Under the pieces are notes generated by a model. The model was given only the letters and a program-made list of their open reading frames with translations. It was not told the DNA's origin and ran no database searches. From Polyangiaceae bacterium (GTDB lineage Bacteria; Myxococcota_A; Polyangia; Polyangiales; Polyangiaceae): a DNA stretch of 64,000 nt. The DNA lies in contig JBGAKG010000005.1 of NCBI GenBank assembly GCA_044224495.1, forward strand, positions 44,711 to 108,710. Direction: 5' to 3'. Each line of letters opens with the position of its first letter. Position 1 is the first letter of the stretch. Positions 61,594 to 64,000 of the stretch are shown here, in pieces. The translations under genes were made by a program, and so were the position numbers.

Positions 61594-63327
61594 CTAGTAG
61601 TTGCTCGCCTGCGCGTTCGGCGCTTGGGTCGGACCGTCGACGCGGATCGGCAGCCAGAACGCCTTCACGTACGCTCCGGTCGCGTTCCGCTCGTAGCCGG
61701 TGAGCCCGAACAGCACGTTCCAGAAGTGCCCGGCCGGGCTCTTGCCGTAGGAGAAGAGGGGCAGGAAGTGGAACTGCCAGTCGAGACCGCCGGCGACCTT
61801 CTTCTGCATGTAGAGGGTGTTCGCGGCGATCTGGACGATCGAGTCGTCGCTCGTGTCGGTGAAGCGCCAGAACAGCGGGAACGCGACCGTGGCGCGGCCG
61901 CGCGGGCTCGCGAAGTCCCACCAGAACGGCGCGACGACGGTGTGGCGCGCGTCGCCGCTGCGCCCGACGTAGACGAGCGGGTGGAAGTCGGTCTCGAAGC
62001 CCTGCGTGTCGAACGTCGCCGTGAGCGTCGGGAAGACCCAGTACGTGCGCGAGACACCCCGCTTCTCGAAGCGACCGAAGAGCGGCGTGAGGATGTCGCT
62101 CCGGGTGCGACTCTGGTTCGAGAAGAAGAGCGGGGCGATGCCCCAGGTCGTCTGATCGACGTCCTTGTCGCGCGAGTGGAAGAACAGCGGAACCACCGGC
62201 CCGACGAGCGTGGTCTGGGTCTGGCCCTTCCGCGTCGTGAAGTGCGACGCGAGCGGCGTGATCAGGGTCGAGGCGGTATCCGTCGAGCGGTAGAGGAACA
62301 GCGGCGTCGCGACGGTCGTCTCGGTGTCGGTGTGGCCGTAGTGGAAGAGCGGGAAGAACGTGGTGTGCGTCTCGCGCACGCCGCCGGACTCCGGCTTGCC
62401 GTGGATGTGGAAGAACAGCGGCGCCACGTCGAAGACGGAGCGGTACGGGCTGTTCGCCACGATCACCGGCCCCGCGACGGTCAGGTTGGTGCGCTCGAGC
62501 TCGTTCTCGCGGTGGTAGAAGAGCAGCGGCGGGATGAGCGTGTAGTTCGTGCGCGCGCCTTCGTCGCCGCCCTCGCCGTGGAAGTAGACGGGGGCGATGC
62601 CGGCGTCGACGTTCGTCTGCTTCCGCACGCGGAAGTACGGCCCGGCGATCGTGAAGGCGCTCTCGGGCGACCACGACGACGTCGTGAGGAGGAGCGGCGC
62701 GTGGAAGTAGCCACCGTCCTTGCGCGTGCCGCCGAAGAAGAGCGGCGCGAACCAGTTGTCGGTCTCGTGCGGTGCCTCGCGGTGGAGGAAGGGGCCGATC
62801 GCGGTGAGGTAACTGTCGCCGCTCCGGACGTGCCAGAAGAGCGGGAACAGCACGTCCGCGTCGATCTTGAGCGAGCGGCGCTGGTAGTAGAGGAGCCCGG
62901 CGAGGACCTCCTGATCGACGTTGGCCTTGCGCTCCGGGTGCGCGGGATCGAAGAGCCCGCGCGTGTGCTCGAAGTAGAAGGGCGGGAGCATCCGGAAGCG
63001 GTAGTCGCCGCGGGATTCCTCGTAGAGCCCGTAGAACCGCTGCTTCAGCTCGCCCTGCGCGGGCGGACGCTTCTCGCCGTCGTAGTCGGAGCCGATCTGC
63101 TCCTTCTGATCGTCCGTCACGAGGAGCGGATCCTCGGGCGCGATCTTCACTTGGCCTTGGCCCGGCATCGGCGAGCCTTGGCCCGGGGGCGGCGCTCCCT
63201 GCGGATCGGCTTGGCCGCCCTGGCCTTGGCCCCCTGCGCCGTTCTGGGCGAGCGCGCTGGCGCTCGTCCCGAGGAGGGCGGCGGCGGCGGCGAGGAGCGC
63301 GACGCTCGTGCGGAAGAAGCGCCTCAC
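61594..63327 (-). CDS. Secreted repeat protein with about 14 PLF[FW]H repeats (beta-propeller-like, hypothetical)
   Basis: GTG start overlapping hisS stop (GTGA); signal peptide; Gln/Gly-rich low-complexity spacer; repeats PLFWH, PLFFG, PLLFYH, PLFFHIHG, PLFHYGH, PLFLYR, PLFFH, PLFFSN, PLFGRF, PLVYVG, PFWWDF, PLFWRF, PLFSYG every about 25 aa. Confidence 0.6.
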   Translation of the reverse strand: MRRFFRTSVALLAAAAALLGTSASALAQNGAGGQGQGGQADPQGAPPPGQGSPMPGQGQVKIAPEDPLLVTDDQKEQIGSDYDGEKRPPAQGELKQRFYGLYEESRGDYRFRMLPPFYFEHTRGLFDPAHPERKANVDQEVLAGLLYYQRRSLKIDADVLFPLFWHVRSGDSYLTAIGPFLHREAPHETDNWFAPLFFGGTRKDGGYFHAPLLLTTSSWSPESAFTIAGPYFRVRKQTNVDAGIAPVYFHGEGGDEGARTNYTLIPPLLFYHRENELERTNLTVAGPVIVANSPYRSVFDVAPLFFHIHGKPESGGVRETHTTFFPLFHYGHTDTETTVATPLFLYRSTDTASTLITPLASHFTTRKGQTQTTLVGPVVPLFFHSRDKDVDQTTWGIAPLFFSNQSRTRSDILTPLFGRFEKRGVSRTYWVFPTLTATFDTQGFETDFHPLVYVGRSGDARHTVVAPFWWDFASPRGRATVAFPLFWRFTDTSDDSIVQIAANTLYMQKKVAGGLDWQFHFLPLFSYGKSPAGHFWNVLFGLTGYERNATGAYVKAFWLPIRVDGPTQAPNAQASNY

Positions 63328-64000
63328 GTTCCGTCCTCGCGGATGCCACCCGCGGCGGCGAGGCGATCGACGATGACGGACGCCACCGCGTCGCGTGCGA
63401 TTTCTTCTTGGGCGTGTCCCGCCATGTCCTTCACGGTCACGACCTTCTTGTCGATCTCGCCGTCGCCCAGGATGAGCACGACGCGCGCGCCGAGGGAGTT
63501 TCCGCGCCGGAGGAGCGACTTGAGCGAGCCACCGCGTCCGTCGACCTCGCACGAGACGCCGCGGCTCCGGAGCTCGCGCGCCAGGCGAAGCCCCTCCTCG
63601 AGCGCGCGCGCTCCGAGCGGGGCGACGAAGGCGTCGACGATCGGGCCGGCGGGGACGGCGTCCCCGGCGATGATGAGCCGCTCGATCCCCGCCGCGAAGC
63701 CGATCGCCGGCGTCGCGGGGCCGCCGAGATCGGCGATCATCCCGTCGTAGCGGCCGCCGCCGAGGAGCGTGTCGCCGGCCCCCAGCTTGTCGGTCGCGCC
63801 TTTGATCTCGAAGAGCGTGCGCGTGTAATAGTCGAGCCCGCGCACGAGCGCGCGGTCGACCGTGTACGGCGTGCCGAGCGCGTCGAGCAAGCGGCGGAGG
63901 CCGTCGAAGTGGGCCTGATCGGCCTCGTCGAGCAGGTCCAGGATGGACGGTGCGTCCTTCACGACGGCGCGGTCCCGCGGGTCCTTGGAGTCGAGGATGC
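63324..64000 (-). CDS. hisS: Histidyl-tRNA synthetase, C-terminal part (N-terminus beyond window end)
   Basis: RGLDYYTRTLFEI, GGGRYDGM motifs (class II motif 3 region) and anticodon-binding domain. ORF open to the window edge. Confidence 0.85.
   Translation of the reverse strand, partial: ILDSKDPRDRAVVKDAPSILDLLDEADQAHFDGLRRLLDALGTPYTVDRALVRGLDYYTRTLFEIKGATDKLGAGDTLLGGGRYDGMIADLGGPATPAIGFAAGIERLIIAGDAVPAGPIVDAFVAPLGARALEEGLRLARELRSRGVSCEVDGRGGSLKSLLRRGNSLGARVVLILGDGEIDKKVVTVKDMAGHAQEEIARDAVASVIVDRLAAAGGIREDGT

Noticed and set aside
61529-63750. 606-aa minus ORF (61529..63349) and 708-aa plus ORF (61624..63750)
   Set aside because: Off-frame/antisense to the PLF-repeat protein and hisS; Arg-rich.

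Overview
High-GC (about 70%) chromosomal segment with a myxobacterial (Myxococcota-like) signature: MglA-type GTPase, PEGA domains, FGE-sulfatase domain, many lipoproteins and Hanks-type kinases. Coding density is high and many very long Arg/Gly/Ala-rich ORFs in the track are off-frame artefacts of GC-rich DNA. I rejected them by composition and by overlap with recognisable genes. Housekeeping genes present: typA (partial), atpD-atpC (without atpA/G), dnaG-rpoD with a clear intrinsic terminator, glgP-family alpha-glucan phosphorylase, leuS-lptE, lnt, a cysteine desulfurase, hisS (partial). Between them are signalling and secreted-protein modules. Most notable: (i) an MglA-like small GTPase with a C-terminal extension, translationally coupled to a Ser/Thr kinase, a PEGA/TPR membrane protein and a lipoprotein, divergent from a CpsB-type PHP tyrosine phosphatase plus a UPF0104 membrane protein; (ii) a Ser/Thr kinase, secreted VWA protein, membrane metallophosphoesterase, HExxH lipoprotein and YprB-like exonuclease in one tightly coupled run; (iii) two tandem giant all-alpha TPR paralogues (1575 and 1841 aa) with ATGA-coupled stop/start; (iv) a 137-bp near-perfect palindrome built of GGAAC units between convergent genes, mirrored by GGGAAY tandem repeats upstream of the same gene. 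No rRNA, tRNA, CRISPR array, transposase or integrase was recognised. All coordinates derive from the ORF track plus in-frame start re-assignment; no database search was possible.
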